DNA of 64,000 nt, taken from the IMG/VR virus record IMGVR_UViG_3300031576_000002, positions 1 through 64,000 of that record; one strand, 5' to 3'. Of the stretch, positions 1 through 7,966 are shown in pieces; positions within the stretch are counted from its first letter, which is position 1; every line of letters starts with the position of its first letter. A program made the position numbers and the translations under genes. The notes beneath the pieces were generated by a model. The model did no database searches, was not told the origin of the DNA, and was given only the letters and a program-made list of their open reading frames with translations.

Positions 1-340
1 CGGTGGGGCTCACCCGCGCCGCAAATCGAGCGGTGCCCACGATCTCTGCCGTCTTCTGACGGTGCAGCCACACTTCAACGACAGGCGGCGGAGCTTGTGC
101 CGGGTTACCTGTCATGGACAGCCCCAGGCGCACCGCCATCGTGTCGAATACTCCGAGGAAGGTCTCGTAGCACATACGGCAGAAGCGCCCTGCCGTCGCC
201 GTGCCAAAAGGAGCCAGCGTGGGCTGCGGACCTCGCAGGCAACGGCTACACCGCGAGGATGTCTCGTAGGCCCACTCGGCGCCCATTACAACTGGGCTTT
301 GGTGATGGGGAGGACGCAGCGGCGTCCCCGGCACCCGCAT
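1..340 (-). CDS. Hypothetical protein with two CxxC pairs (runs off window edge)
   Basis: Manual translation from ATG at 340: open to the edge, contains CSRC and CRMC; starts 5 nt after the stop of 346-999. Confidence 0.4.
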   Translation of the reverse strand, partial: MRVPGTPLRPPHHQSPVVMGAEWAYETSSRCSRCLRGPQPTLAPFGTATAGRFCRMCYETFLGVFDTMAVRLGLSMTGNPAQAPPPVVEVWLHRQKTAEIVGTARFAARVSPT

Positions 341-345
341 CGGCT

Positions 346-999
346 TCAAGACACCGCCGGAAACAGTTTGAAGACCGACTCTTCCGTGTAGGAGACAGAT
401 CCGTCATGTGCAATGACTTCGGATCGAAATATCCGACCGTCTGCACGAACTACTTGGAATTCGTAATCACCGAAAGGGAAGATCCCGTCGAACGCTTTCC
501 CGTCTTGAGCCACGGGCAGCGCCGACGTAATCACTTCGCCACAACGGTAGATCTGTACCATCGTACCCACACCATTCAAAACGGTTTCCATCTCTCCGTC
601 TTGCAGGCGACCTGTCAGCCGTCCAATGGGCATGGCAACACACAAGTCCGTCTCCTCTCCTACATCGAACCGGACTTCGGTAGTTGCCGCGTACCAGCCT
701 TTCTTCAGAATGTGAATCTGGTAGTTACCCACCGGCGTAAAGCAGGGAACGACCTTGCGCCCCTCTTCCGTAACAGCAAAGTATCCGTCTCGCTGGTACT
801 CGCCCTTCTCGTCCGTCATCACGGTTCCGATCGGGCCAAACATGTCGTGAACGAACGTCATCTCCGCTCGATCAACAGGTCGCAAGAACTGATCCCGCAG
901 CGTACCCCGCAGAGAAAAGAGTTTCAGTTCCGCCGTCTTTGCGATTTCGATTTGCATTTCCGCCCCGTCCTTTATGGGTTCTCGCTCACACGAAACCAC
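346..999 (-). CDS. Hypothetical beta-rich protein, possibly carboxypeptidase-regulatory-like (prealbumin-like) repeats
   Basis: 'LRGTLRDQFLRPV...TDEKGEY...GNYQIHILKKGW' resembles this fold's pattern; a second degenerate repeat follows. Confidence 0.45.
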   Translation of the reverse strand: MVSCEREPIKDGAEMQIEIAKTAELKLFSLRGTLRDQFLRPVDRAEMTFVHDMFGPIGTVMTDEKGEYQRDGYFAVTEEGRKVVPCFTPVGNYQIHILKKGWYAATTEVRFDVGEETDLCVAMPIGRLTGRLQDGEMETVLNGVGTMVQIYRCGEVITSALPVAQDGKAFDGIFPFGDYEFQVVRADGRIFRSEVIAHDGSVSYTEESVFKLFPAVS

Positions 1000-1277
1000 G
1001 CTTTCCTGCGTTCGACTCGATCCCCTGGCACTGCCAGTTCCAGCACACGGTCAGGATTGTCTGCGACGTTCTGCCGTAGAAATCTTGGATCCCGCTTATC
1101 AATACGAATCCGAAAGTAGTTCGTTCCCGGAAACTGGCCCTGGAATGTTGCATGCGTCAGATCAAAGACCTGCGTGCCTAGATCGTCGAGAATCGCTACG
1201 ATCCGCACGGGAGCGCCAATGGGAAGACCCAGCGCTCTTCCGCGCAGTCTCCCACCCGACCAGGTTTCGGAGGCCAT
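972..1277 (-). CDS. Hypothetical protein
   Basis: ORF track; TAATG stop/start coupling with upstream ORF. Confidence 0.5.
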   Translation of the reverse strand: MASETWSGGRLRGRALGLPIGAPVRIVAILDDLGTQVFDLTHATFQGQFPGTNYFRIRIDKRDPRFLRQNVADNPDRVLELAVPGDRVERRKAWFRVSENP

Positions 1278-1906
1278 TATACCTGCACCCGCACTTCAAA
1301 TGTTTGATCTTTAAAGCTCGGAAGTAATCTCTGATTCAAACGCATGTACGTTTCGACCAAGGTTTCCAGACTTCCCGTGACACGGACTGCGTGCGAGACG
1401 TAGGCGTCCTGCAAAGTCTGCGTGGGTATCACGGGGAGGTCTGCTTCATGCCCTGTAACCTCGATCATTCCAATCGGTACGTCTTCATGTCGAAACGTGT
1501 AGGCTCGCTTCGTCTCGGCTTCCGCCCTGCCCTCGAACCGATTCAAGTGCGCGCGCAGTGCGTTCAGCATCACGCCAAGAAACCAGCAGCCGACCAGGCT
1601 CCAGTTCTCTGCCGGGCCGTCCTTCTCCAGCTCCGTCAAGATTTCTTCGGGCGCCAGAAAGTATCCGACTAGAGTTGCGCGCACTCTCACATCCGGCGCC
1701 CCCGTACAAAGGCGCAGAACGTGCAGCCAGCACCAGGGAGTTCCGGTAGAGGGATCCCAGAAAGCGGACTCCAGCCTCGGCGCCCAAGGAAGGCCAGTCC
1801 GCTCCGGAAGGACAATGCCTTCGGGCGGAGGCGGAAGCTCCAGCATCTTTTGTAGCTCTGCGCTCTCAATCATCAGGGATCTAGCCTCGCGTGGCAGTCT
1901 ACACAA
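1277..1906 (-). CDS. Hypothetical protein
   Basis: ORF track; tight packing in minus-strand operon. Confidence 0.55.
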   Translation of the reverse strand: MCRLPREARSLMIESAELQKMLELPPPPEGIVLPERTGLPWAPRLESAFWDPSTGTPWCWLHVLRLCTGAPDVRVRATLVGYFLAPEEILTELEKDGPAENWSLVGCWFLGVMLNALRAHLNRFEGRAEAETKRAYTFRHEDVPIGMIEVTGHEADLPVIPTQTLQDAYVSHAVRVTGSLETLVETYMRLNQRLLPSFKDQTFEVRVQV

Positions 1907-2060
1907 ATCGCGCCCGACAGGCCACAGCAGGTCCGACTCTCAATCTTCTCCGCATGGCTACAGAATTGCCGGATCTTCATCATCTCTGTCTGGTAATGCC
2001 CAAATGCAATCTTGTAGGACAGCGTTCGGCGCTCTGCTGCAAATGCGTCACGCGCCTTCT

Positions 2061-2492
2061 TTACGAATCCTTGGACTTCTTGGCGGCTTGCAGCCATTCG
2101 CGCTCTCGCTCTCGGGCTTCAGCAACGGGTACAAGTGCGATCTTATCCCGTCGAAACGGTTGCCCTTTTACGGATCGGTGCTGCGTCAACCGATAGGGAG
2201 ATCCGAGAGGGCCGGGGTAGCGCAGTCGTGCGACCGCCTCCACTACTGGACCAAAGTCCAGATAGGCTTTCAGTGATTCCTCCAGCCGCCTCTCCGAGAG
2301 GAGCTGCTTCCAGTCCGTCACGAACAGGTGCAGCGAAAATAGAAAAGCCCTCAAAGCCTGGACGCCGTCTTGAGTGCTGTAGGTATCCGTGAACGCAACA
2401 CGCTGCTCGACGCCCGCTTCTCCTGTAAAGCGTACATCCGCCAGGAGAGCGACCTCCGCGTTCGAGCGGTAGTCGGGGCGCACCCACAACAC
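2061..2492 (-). CDS. Hypothetical protein (likely GTG start at 2492)
   Basis: 3' part of track ORF 2061-2615; GTG directly follows the stop of 2494-2724. Confidence 0.45.
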   Translation of the reverse strand: MLWVRPDYRSNAEVALLADVRFTGEAGVEQRVAFTDTYSTQDGVQALRAFLFSLHLFVTDWKQLLSERRLEESLKAYLDFGPVVEAVARLRYPGPLGSPYRLTQHRSVKGQPFRRDKIALVPVAEAREREREWLQAAKKSKDS

Positions 2493-2493
2493 G

Positions 2494-2724
2494 TCATATT
2501 TTTGGGGGGTCAGCAGCAACGCCGGTGCCCTCCAAACGCTGCGCGAGCGCTTCGTAGATTTTCGGATCCGCTCCGGGCAGTTCACCCAGCGCGCGCAAGA
2601 TTCCGGCGTGTGCACGTAGGACGGCCGCTGCGCTTTCCTCCGGCCCCATTCCGTACTCTTGCCTCAGCGCCCAGAAGCTCGCCATCGTCACGGATGCCGC
2701 CTTGTTGATTAGCTCTCGCCTCAT
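2494..2724 (-). CDS. Hypothetical protein (MRRELINK...)
   Basis: ATG at 2724 immediately outside the TnpB cassette target duplication. Confidence 0.5.
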   Translation of the reverse strand: MRRELINKAASVTMASFWALRQEYGMGPEESAAAVLRAHAGILRALGELPGADPKIYEALAQRLEGTGVAADPPKI

Positions 2725-2733
2725 CGCTCCACC

Positions 2734-3959
2734 CATGCGTGACCGCTTAAGCCGCCACCTGAGCAGCACTTAAGCCATCCTCTCGCTTCACAGAGGACCT
2801 TACAAGCGTATCCTCTCCACGAAGGGACAGCAGAGCCCTGTCTAAGACATTCTTAGCAGCGTTGACATCTCTATCAAGAACCAGGTTGCAGTAAGGACAA
2901 CTGTGACTTCTTTCTCTCAAACTCTTCTTCACAGTCATTCCACATCCACTGCACTCTTGGCTGGTTCCTCTGGGATCTACTTTCACCACTATCCTACCAG
3001 CTTCTTCCGCTTTGTAGGACAGCATGTGAAGCAACATCCCCATTCCGACATCCTTGAAGCTACGTCTGAATCCACGGTTGAGCCCTTGACTCATCCCTTT
3101 CAGGTTCAGGTCTTCAACCGCAATCAGATCATAGTTCTGTACCAACTGCTTAGACACTCCGTCAAGAATGTATTTGCGGGTTCTTGTTACTTTCTGCCAA
3201 GCCTTAGCCAATACCTTGACTGCTTTTCTTCTACGGTTAGAGCCTTTCTTTCTTCTGGAAACCGTTCTCTGAGCATGCTTGAGCTTCTTCTCATTCCTGG
3301 CATAAACCCGTTGCCTCTCGATAAGGACTCCATCTGATGTAGCAACCAGAGCTTGCATGCCTAGATCAATGCCTATGACTTTGCCAGTCTTGGGGAGAGG
3401 TTCTGGAAGCGGTAGCTCACAGGATAAGACTGCGTACCAACCGTCAGCCTCTCTTTTGACTGTGACCTCTTTGACCTTAGCGTCTGGTGGAAGCTCTCGA
3501 TAAGGACTCCAACGGAAATGCCCCAGTTTGGATAGGTGAAGTCTCGGCCTATCAAACTTGAATCCAGTGCGGTTGTAGGTAAAGGAGTCGTACCGATCTC
3601 TGCTCTTGAATCTTGGAAAACCTGGCTTCTCTCCGCGCTTGACCCTTCTGAAGAAAGCCTTGTACGCTTTGTCCAGTTTCTGAAGGACTTGCTCAAGAAC
3701 TCTTGAATAGATTGTGTCATAGCCTTCTACCTGCTTGGAAACATGCTTAAGCTCCAGGCACTGATCGTAGTAGCTGAGAGTCCGCTTATGCTGCTTCCAC
3801 CCTAGGATTCGCTGTTCCAAGGCACAGTTGTAGAGGAAGCGGCATTGATCCAAGAGCCTCTGGAGGTTGATCTCCTGGGCTTTGGTCGGTTGAATCCGGA
3901 ACTTGTAGGAACGGCGCATAACTGCGGTATATCATAAATGGCTTAAGACGTCACACATG
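2734..3959 (-). mobile_element. Non-autonomous tnpB cassette with 20-bp terminal inverted repeats and 9-10-bp target-site duplication
   Basis: CATGCGTGACCGCTTAAGCC (2734-2753) vs GGCTTAAGACGTCACACATG (3940-3959): 17/20 complementary; flanks TCGCTCCACC (2724-2733) and CCGCTCCACC (3960-3969); no transposase inside. Confidence 0.8.
2747..3919 (-). CDS. tnpB: RNA-guided endonuclease TnpB (IS200/IS605 OrfB family)
   Basis: N-terminal HTH (YKFRIQPT), RuvC motifs GIDLG / VEDL / DRDVNAAKN, Zn finger CSGC...CPYC. Confidence 0.95.
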   Translation of the reverse strand: MRRSYKFRIQPTKAQEINLQRLLDQCRFLYNCALEQRILGWKQHKRTLSYYDQCLELKHVSKQVEGYDTIYSRVLEQVLQKLDKAYKAFFRRVKRGEKPGFPRFKSRDRYDSFTYNRTGFKFDRPRLHLSKLGHFRWSPYRELPPDAKVKEVTVKREADGWYAVLSCELPLPEPLPKTGKVIGIDLGMQALVATSDGVLIERQRVYARNEKKLKHAQRTVSRRKKGSNRRRKAVKVLAKAWQKVTRTRKYILDGVSKQLVQNYDLIAVEDLNLKGMSQGLNRGFRRSFKDVGMGMLLHMLSYKAEEAGRIVVKVDPRGTSQECSGCGMTVKKSLRERSHSCPYCNLVLDRDVNAAKNVLDRALLSLRGEDTLVRSSVKREDGLSAAQVAA

Positions 3960-4289
3960 CCGCTCCACCGGGAAGCGCCGGTCGATCTCTTCTGTCAACA
4001 GGCGCAGGCAAAGCACTTTCAGATTGTTTACAGCGATCGGAATGTCTCGATCGTGCGTCAGAAGGTAGAGCAGATAGCTCGTCTTAGATCGACGAATCGA
4101 CTCGATGAATTGCAGACCGAACTCTCTTGCTTTCTCGCGAGTCGTGCCCGGCGGGTAGACCGGCTCCGCTGCGAGAACTCGGTCTAGCTCTTGAATCGAG
4201 CGCTCAGACCAGCGCTCCTCTTCCGACTTCTCCGCTTCATTTCCCGTCATTGCTCTTTTCCTCGGGCTGCCGGAGTACATGGTTCGCAA
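3951..4289 (-). CDS. Hypothetical protein; stop codon lies inside the cassette TIR
   Basis: ORF track. Confidence 0.5.
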   Translation of the reverse strand: MRTMYSGSPRKRAMTGNEAEKSEEERWSERSIQELDRVLAAEPVYPPGTTREKAREFGLQFIESIRRSKTSYLLYLLTHDRDIPIAVNNLKVLCLRLLTEEIDRRFPVERHV

Positions 4290-4584
4290 GTCGTAGCAAA
4301 GGAGTCGGATCCCCTTCCAGCTTCAGATAGCGTGTCGCTCGATCCGGCCGTAGCTCCCCCTTCTCGACAGCCTCCAGCCACCCCTCCGGAATAGTCACCG
4401 TCAGCACTGGATCGTGGCTCGGAGGTTTGTCAAAGCGCAGCAATGGCACTTCTGCTAGATCGAGCGCGGCTGTCTCGGACCCGCATCGAAACAGCAAGGT
4501 CGCAGGCGCTGCCGCGACCCAGCCGTACGTCTCCACAAGGTCGCTCCAGAGGCGATTGAAGACGGTACGAAACGCCGCGGTCAC
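4237..4584 (-). CDS. SCP2 (sterol carrier protein-2)-like lipid-binding protein
   Basis: Size about 115 aa; 'LTVTIPEGWL...ELRP..A..YLKLEGDPTPLLRL' resembles the SCP2 C-terminal pattern. Confidence 0.5.
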   Translation of the reverse strand: MTAAFRTVFNRLWSDLVETYGWVAAAPATLLFRCGSETAALDLAEVPLLRFDKPPSHDPVLTVTIPEGWLEAVEKGELRPDRATRYLKLEGDPTPLLRLANHVLRQPEEKSNDGK

Positions 4585-4838
4585 GGGAACAGCGCTAGAG
4601 CCGCGTCCACAGCAACTTTGGCCGCCTGTGCAGCAGTAGTCGCTGTCATAATCTGCGTGAGCACGCCTGTCGGCAGCATCGTGGGCTGGAGGCCCTGAGC
4701 TGCCGTCTGGAGGCGTTGCAGGTCTACAAGCACGCCTGAATCCGCCGTAGAGTCTTGGAGCGCCTCCTGGACTTCCTGGAGGCGCTCCTTGATCTGAAGC
4801 GTAAAGTTGAGACTTTCCTGGCCATCCGTTTCAGCCAT
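4581..4838 (-). CDS. Hypothetical helical protein
   Basis: ORF track; overlapping stop/start with neighbour. Confidence 0.5.
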   Translation of the reverse strand: MAETDGQESLNFTLQIKERLQEVQEALQDSTADSGVLVDLQRLQTAAQGLQPTMLPTGVLTQIMTATTAAQAAKVAVDAALALFP

Positions 4839-4844
4839 GACAGC

Positions 4845-5036
4845 TCACCACTCACACGCCTGCTCAGCCTCTTCGAGCAGGAAGAGGACTTGGGAGCGAT
4901 CGTACTCGGTCGCCAGGATGCGTAGCAGAACCTTCTGCACTTCCTTGATCTGGCCGATGTTTACTTCCTTGAGCTTGCCTTCGGTCTCGGAAATCCGCTT
5001 CGCCAACACGTTCTGGTTGATCTTCGTGAAAGCCAT
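4845..5036 (-). CDS. Small hypothetical protein
   Basis: Strong SD AAGGAGGAG before ATG. Confidence 0.65.
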   Translation of the reverse strand: MAFTKINQNVLAKRISETEGKLKEVNIGQIKEVQKVLLRILATEYDRSQVLFLLEEAEQACEW

Positions 5037-5059
5037 TGGGTGCTCCTCCTTACTCCCTA

Positions 5060-5578
5060 CTATACACCGGCGCGCGAGCGCATCTCAGCAATGGCTTCGT
5101 GCGCCACCTTGATAAAGTCCTCGTCGCCCCGGCCTCGCGTCTCGTACAACGCCTCCGCGTACGCGACCTGCTTCCCAAAGGGTAGATTCGACGCGGCCAG
5201 CGTTGCGACCAGCCGCTTTCGCAACTGCGCCACTCGTGCAGTCGGCTTCACCGTAATCGTGGTACCGGGCTTGGACTGAGGCTCCACCGTAAGCGTACCA
5301 TCCGGGTTGGTCTTCTTGACCGTCCCCTTCTCTTTCGGGCCGGTCGGAGTCGTTGCAATCTCAACCGGCTTGCCCGCCAGTTCATCGGCTCTGCGTTCGT
5401 GTCCGCACATGCACTCATGCTCATCGGCATCGACATGGTGCTTGCACCGATGCTCTCCGGCACGGCAGAAGATGAACTCCGCTGAGGACGAGGTGTAGGG
5501 ATCTACAGCGGGGCAGGCATCTCGCTGCACGAACACGGTCTGCCCCTTGTCAAGAATGCGCGCCTGGATAGTTTGCAC
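5060..5578 (-). CDS. Hypothetical protein with Cys/His-rich segment and SH3-like segment
   Basis: SD GGAGGAA before GTG; CRAGEHRCKHH...HECMCGH. Confidence 0.55.
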   Translation of the reverse strand: MQTIQARILDKGQTVFVQRDACPAVDPYTSSSAEFIFCRAGEHRCKHHVDADEHECMCGHERRADELAGKPVEIATTPTGPKEKGTVKKTNPDGTLTVEPQSKPGTTITVKPTARVAQLRKRLVATLAASNLPFGKQVAYAEALYETRGRGDEDFIKVAHEAIAEMRSRAGV

Positions 5579-5591
5579 GGCTTCCTCCTCC

Positions 5592-6299
5592 TTACAATCC
5601 GGCTTCTGCCAGATCCCGCAGTGAGCGGAAATCGTCGAGCAGGTACGGAAGGTGTTCCTCTACGAGAGCTTCGACTCGATTCACATCCACCACGCCTGCC
5701 CGGATCAATGCTCGCACATCGGACTCGTCTGAATCAAATCCGCGCATCGCATCCAGCTTGAACAAGATCAGATACTCCGGTGAGACGACCCGGACCCCTC
5801 CACCTGGAAACTCCATCCTGGCTGCGTTTGAGATCGCCTCTTGCTGGTACGCTTTCAGCGCAAGCATGACATCAAGGTCCACGCCCGACGGACTCGCGTA
5901 CTTGATGAACTGATCTCCGCCAAGATCAACCAAACCGTCTGTCTCAAACCCAAGGTCGAGAATCCTTCGAGAAGCTTCGGAGTAGTCATCGCCGCGCAAG
6001 ATAACATCAATGTCGTCGGTAGTTCGCTGCTGCACGTAAGCGCGTACCCCGAGGCCTCCGATTACCGCGAACTCCACGCCGTCCAGTGCGCGCACGATAC
6101 GGGCAAAGGTGCTATCGAGCGGCTTGCTCTCCTGCGCTGAAAGGCTGCGAAGCGCGAGCGCTAAGGTGCTCCGCCCCGGACGATTCGCCAGGTTGAAAGC
6201 CAGACTCTCCAGAGTGCGCACCAATTCCTCGTCGTGCCGCATTTCTCGCAGCACAGCAGCAGCCTTTACCAGCCTAGCGCGAAGTCGTTCGCGATCCAT
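5592..6299 (-). CDS. Nucleotidyltransferase (Pol-beta superfamily, AbiEii/MenT/DUF6036-like) with N-terminal helical leader
   Basis: FAVIGG..V..Y...RTTDDID motif; VDLDV; 'VVSPEYLILFKLDA.R..D.SD'. Confidence 0.8.
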   Translation of the reverse strand: MDRERLRARLVKAAAVLREMRHDEELVRTLESLAFNLANRPGRSTLALALRSLSAQESKPLDSTFARIVRALDGVEFAVIGGLGVRAYVQQRTTDDIDVILRGDDYSEASRRILDLGFETDGLVDLGGDQFIKYASPSGVDLDVMLALKAYQQEAISNAARMEFPGGGVRVVSPEYLILFKLDAMRGFDSDESDVRALIRAGVVDVNRVEALVEEHLPYLLDDFRSLRDLAEAGL

Positions 6300-6300
6300 C

Positions 6301-6942
6301 TCAGCCGTTGCTTTCCAGTGCGGCGCACGGCTGCCGTGTCGTCAATCGTGGCGACAAGCAGCAGAGGCCACAGCCCGTACCGACACATTCCCCCCGCCAG
6401 GTATCGATCGGCAACAGCGGGATCTGACCGTCCGCATCTACTAATACAGTTCGCCCTGAGAGTTCGTCAGTCGCCACTTGGTAGCCTTGCTCTTGCACCA
6501 GACTGTCTACCTGACCCTGATCTATATAATACCCGCAGAGCGTACCTACGATCGCGCGCCACCTCCCGTCAGGGGATAGCACGATCGGCCACGCGATCCT
6601 CTGGCCGTCTGACGCGATGAATCCCGCCGGAAACGGCTCTCGGTTCTGCCCTCTGTACCAGGGACCGCAATGGTCCTCGGCCCAGCGCGCTTCGAGATCC
6701 GTGTGGATCGAGCACTTAAATCCGTTGGGATGGAACGCTCGAAGCCAGCGCTCCGTGCGCTCCAACATGTTCGCCTCGGCGGCGGTACGTTCACAGAAGC
6801 AGCGTGCGATCATTTTCTCACCTGGCGCAAAAAAGCCGGAGTCCGCGAGGACTCCGGCTGGAACTACCAGCGCAGCGAGCAACTGGCCGGGCAAAACCAT
6901 CGTACCTTCCGCCGGATCCTGTGTCAATCGCTCTCGGGCCAC
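6301..6942 (-). CDS. Hypothetical protein
   Basis: ORF track, sits between two nucleotidyltransferases. Confidence 0.5.
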   Translation of the reverse strand: MARERLTQDPAEGTMVLPGQLLAALVVPAGVLADSGFFAPGEKMIARCFCERTAAEANMLERTERWLRAFHPNGFKCSIHTDLEARWAEDHCGPWYRGQNREPFPAGFIASDGQRIAWPIVLSPDGRWRAIVGTLCGYYIDQGQVDSLVQEQGYQVATDELSGRTVLVDADGQIPLLPIDTWRGECVGTGCGLCCLSPRLTTRQPCAALESNG

Positions 6943-7607
6943 AAAGGTCTTCCCGCGTATCTCTCTAGCATCGAAATGGCGCGCTGAAGAGCCCCTACCT
7001 GCTGAATCTTCTCTGCGTAGCTCGCAGCCTTCCTGCGTGCGCGTAGGCGCTCTTTCGGGCTATCTGCGGGCACCGTGCTTCCCTGCCGCTGAAACTGCTG
7101 ATACCTCTCTACCAGCTTGTGCCGACTCAATATATCTGCAAGCAGATTCTTGTCGTGAGACTCCTCCAAGAGGAGGATCAGCTTGGCCCGATCCTTGGGG
7201 CGAAAGACTTTCAGGTAGATCGCGATTAGATACTCGATACGGAGTACCTTGGTCGGCACGCCGTAAGACGCGGAGACGGAGTTCTTCAGAGCCTCTTCTG
7301 TCATAGCGTCGTGAACCGGGATGAACTGCACGGGAACTCCAACAACGACTATGTTCCCATCTCGGTCAAAACTAGCAAACCCGAGATCCTGCAAGCGCTG
7401 GTAGATATGCCCGAGAATGTTTATCCCGCTCCCAGACACTTTGCAGTATACGTCCAGGTCGTAAGTCAGGACTGCTTCGGCATAGTAAATGGCTGCCATC
7501 CCGCCCGCAATGGCGTAATCTTGCACCAGCCCTTCCGCCACAAGACGGTTCAGAATCTCAACGGTCTTTTGCACTTTTAACCTCTCGGAAATTCGAGAGC
7601 ATTCCAC
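6924..7607 (-). CDS. Nucleotidyltransferase (same family) with C-terminal helical extension
   Basis: YAIAGGMA..YY.E..LTYDLD motif; 'EYLIAI.L...RPKD..K'. Confidence 0.8.
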   Translation of the reverse strand: MECSRISERLKVQKTVEILNRLVAEGLVQDYAIAGGMAAIYYAEAVLTYDLDVYCKVSGSGINILGHIYQRLQDLGFASFDRDGNIVVVGVPVQFIPVHDAMTEEALKNSVSASYGVPTKVLRIEYLIAIYLKVFRPKDRAKLILLLEESHDKNLLADILSRHKLVERYQQFQRQGSTVPADSPKERLRARRKAASYAEKIQQVGALQRAISMLERYAGRPLWPESD

Positions 7608-7966
7608 ACTTCATCAGGCAAGAATGTACAACGCTTCTTGCAAATCTCTTCCGCCAGCTCAGGCGGAGACACGATTCTCCGAATCGCTTCTTCCCGCAAC
7701 ACGACCCAGCCGCCGGTACGGTACGGGTTAGCCTGATTCCTCGATCGCTTCTCGTCCACCGAAATACAAATCACGCCCTGCGCCATCCACTCCTTGCACT
7801 TCTCGCAAGGCTCGCGGTTGACGCAAGTCCGCCGCGGTGCCTCTTCGTCGCCTTGAATCCGGCCGAAAAGGATGAGGGTTCCCTTGTCCTCGCCACAAAT
7901 GAAGCAAGTTTCGAGCGAGGGGTTAAGTCCATGCTTCGGTGAAACCAGAATGCTGTCCTTGTTCAT
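7577..7966 (-). CDS. Conserved phage Zn-binding hypothetical protein
   Basis: 'KHGLNPS...CFICG...EAPR...EPCEKC' pattern recalled from many phage hypotheticals. Confidence 0.65.
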   Translation of the reverse strand: MNKDSILVSPKHGLNPSLETCFICGEDKGTLILFGRIQGDEEAPRRTCVNREPCEKCKEWMAQGVICISVDEKRSRNQANPYRTGGWVVLREEAIRRIVSPPELAEEICKKRCTFLPDEVWNALEFPRG

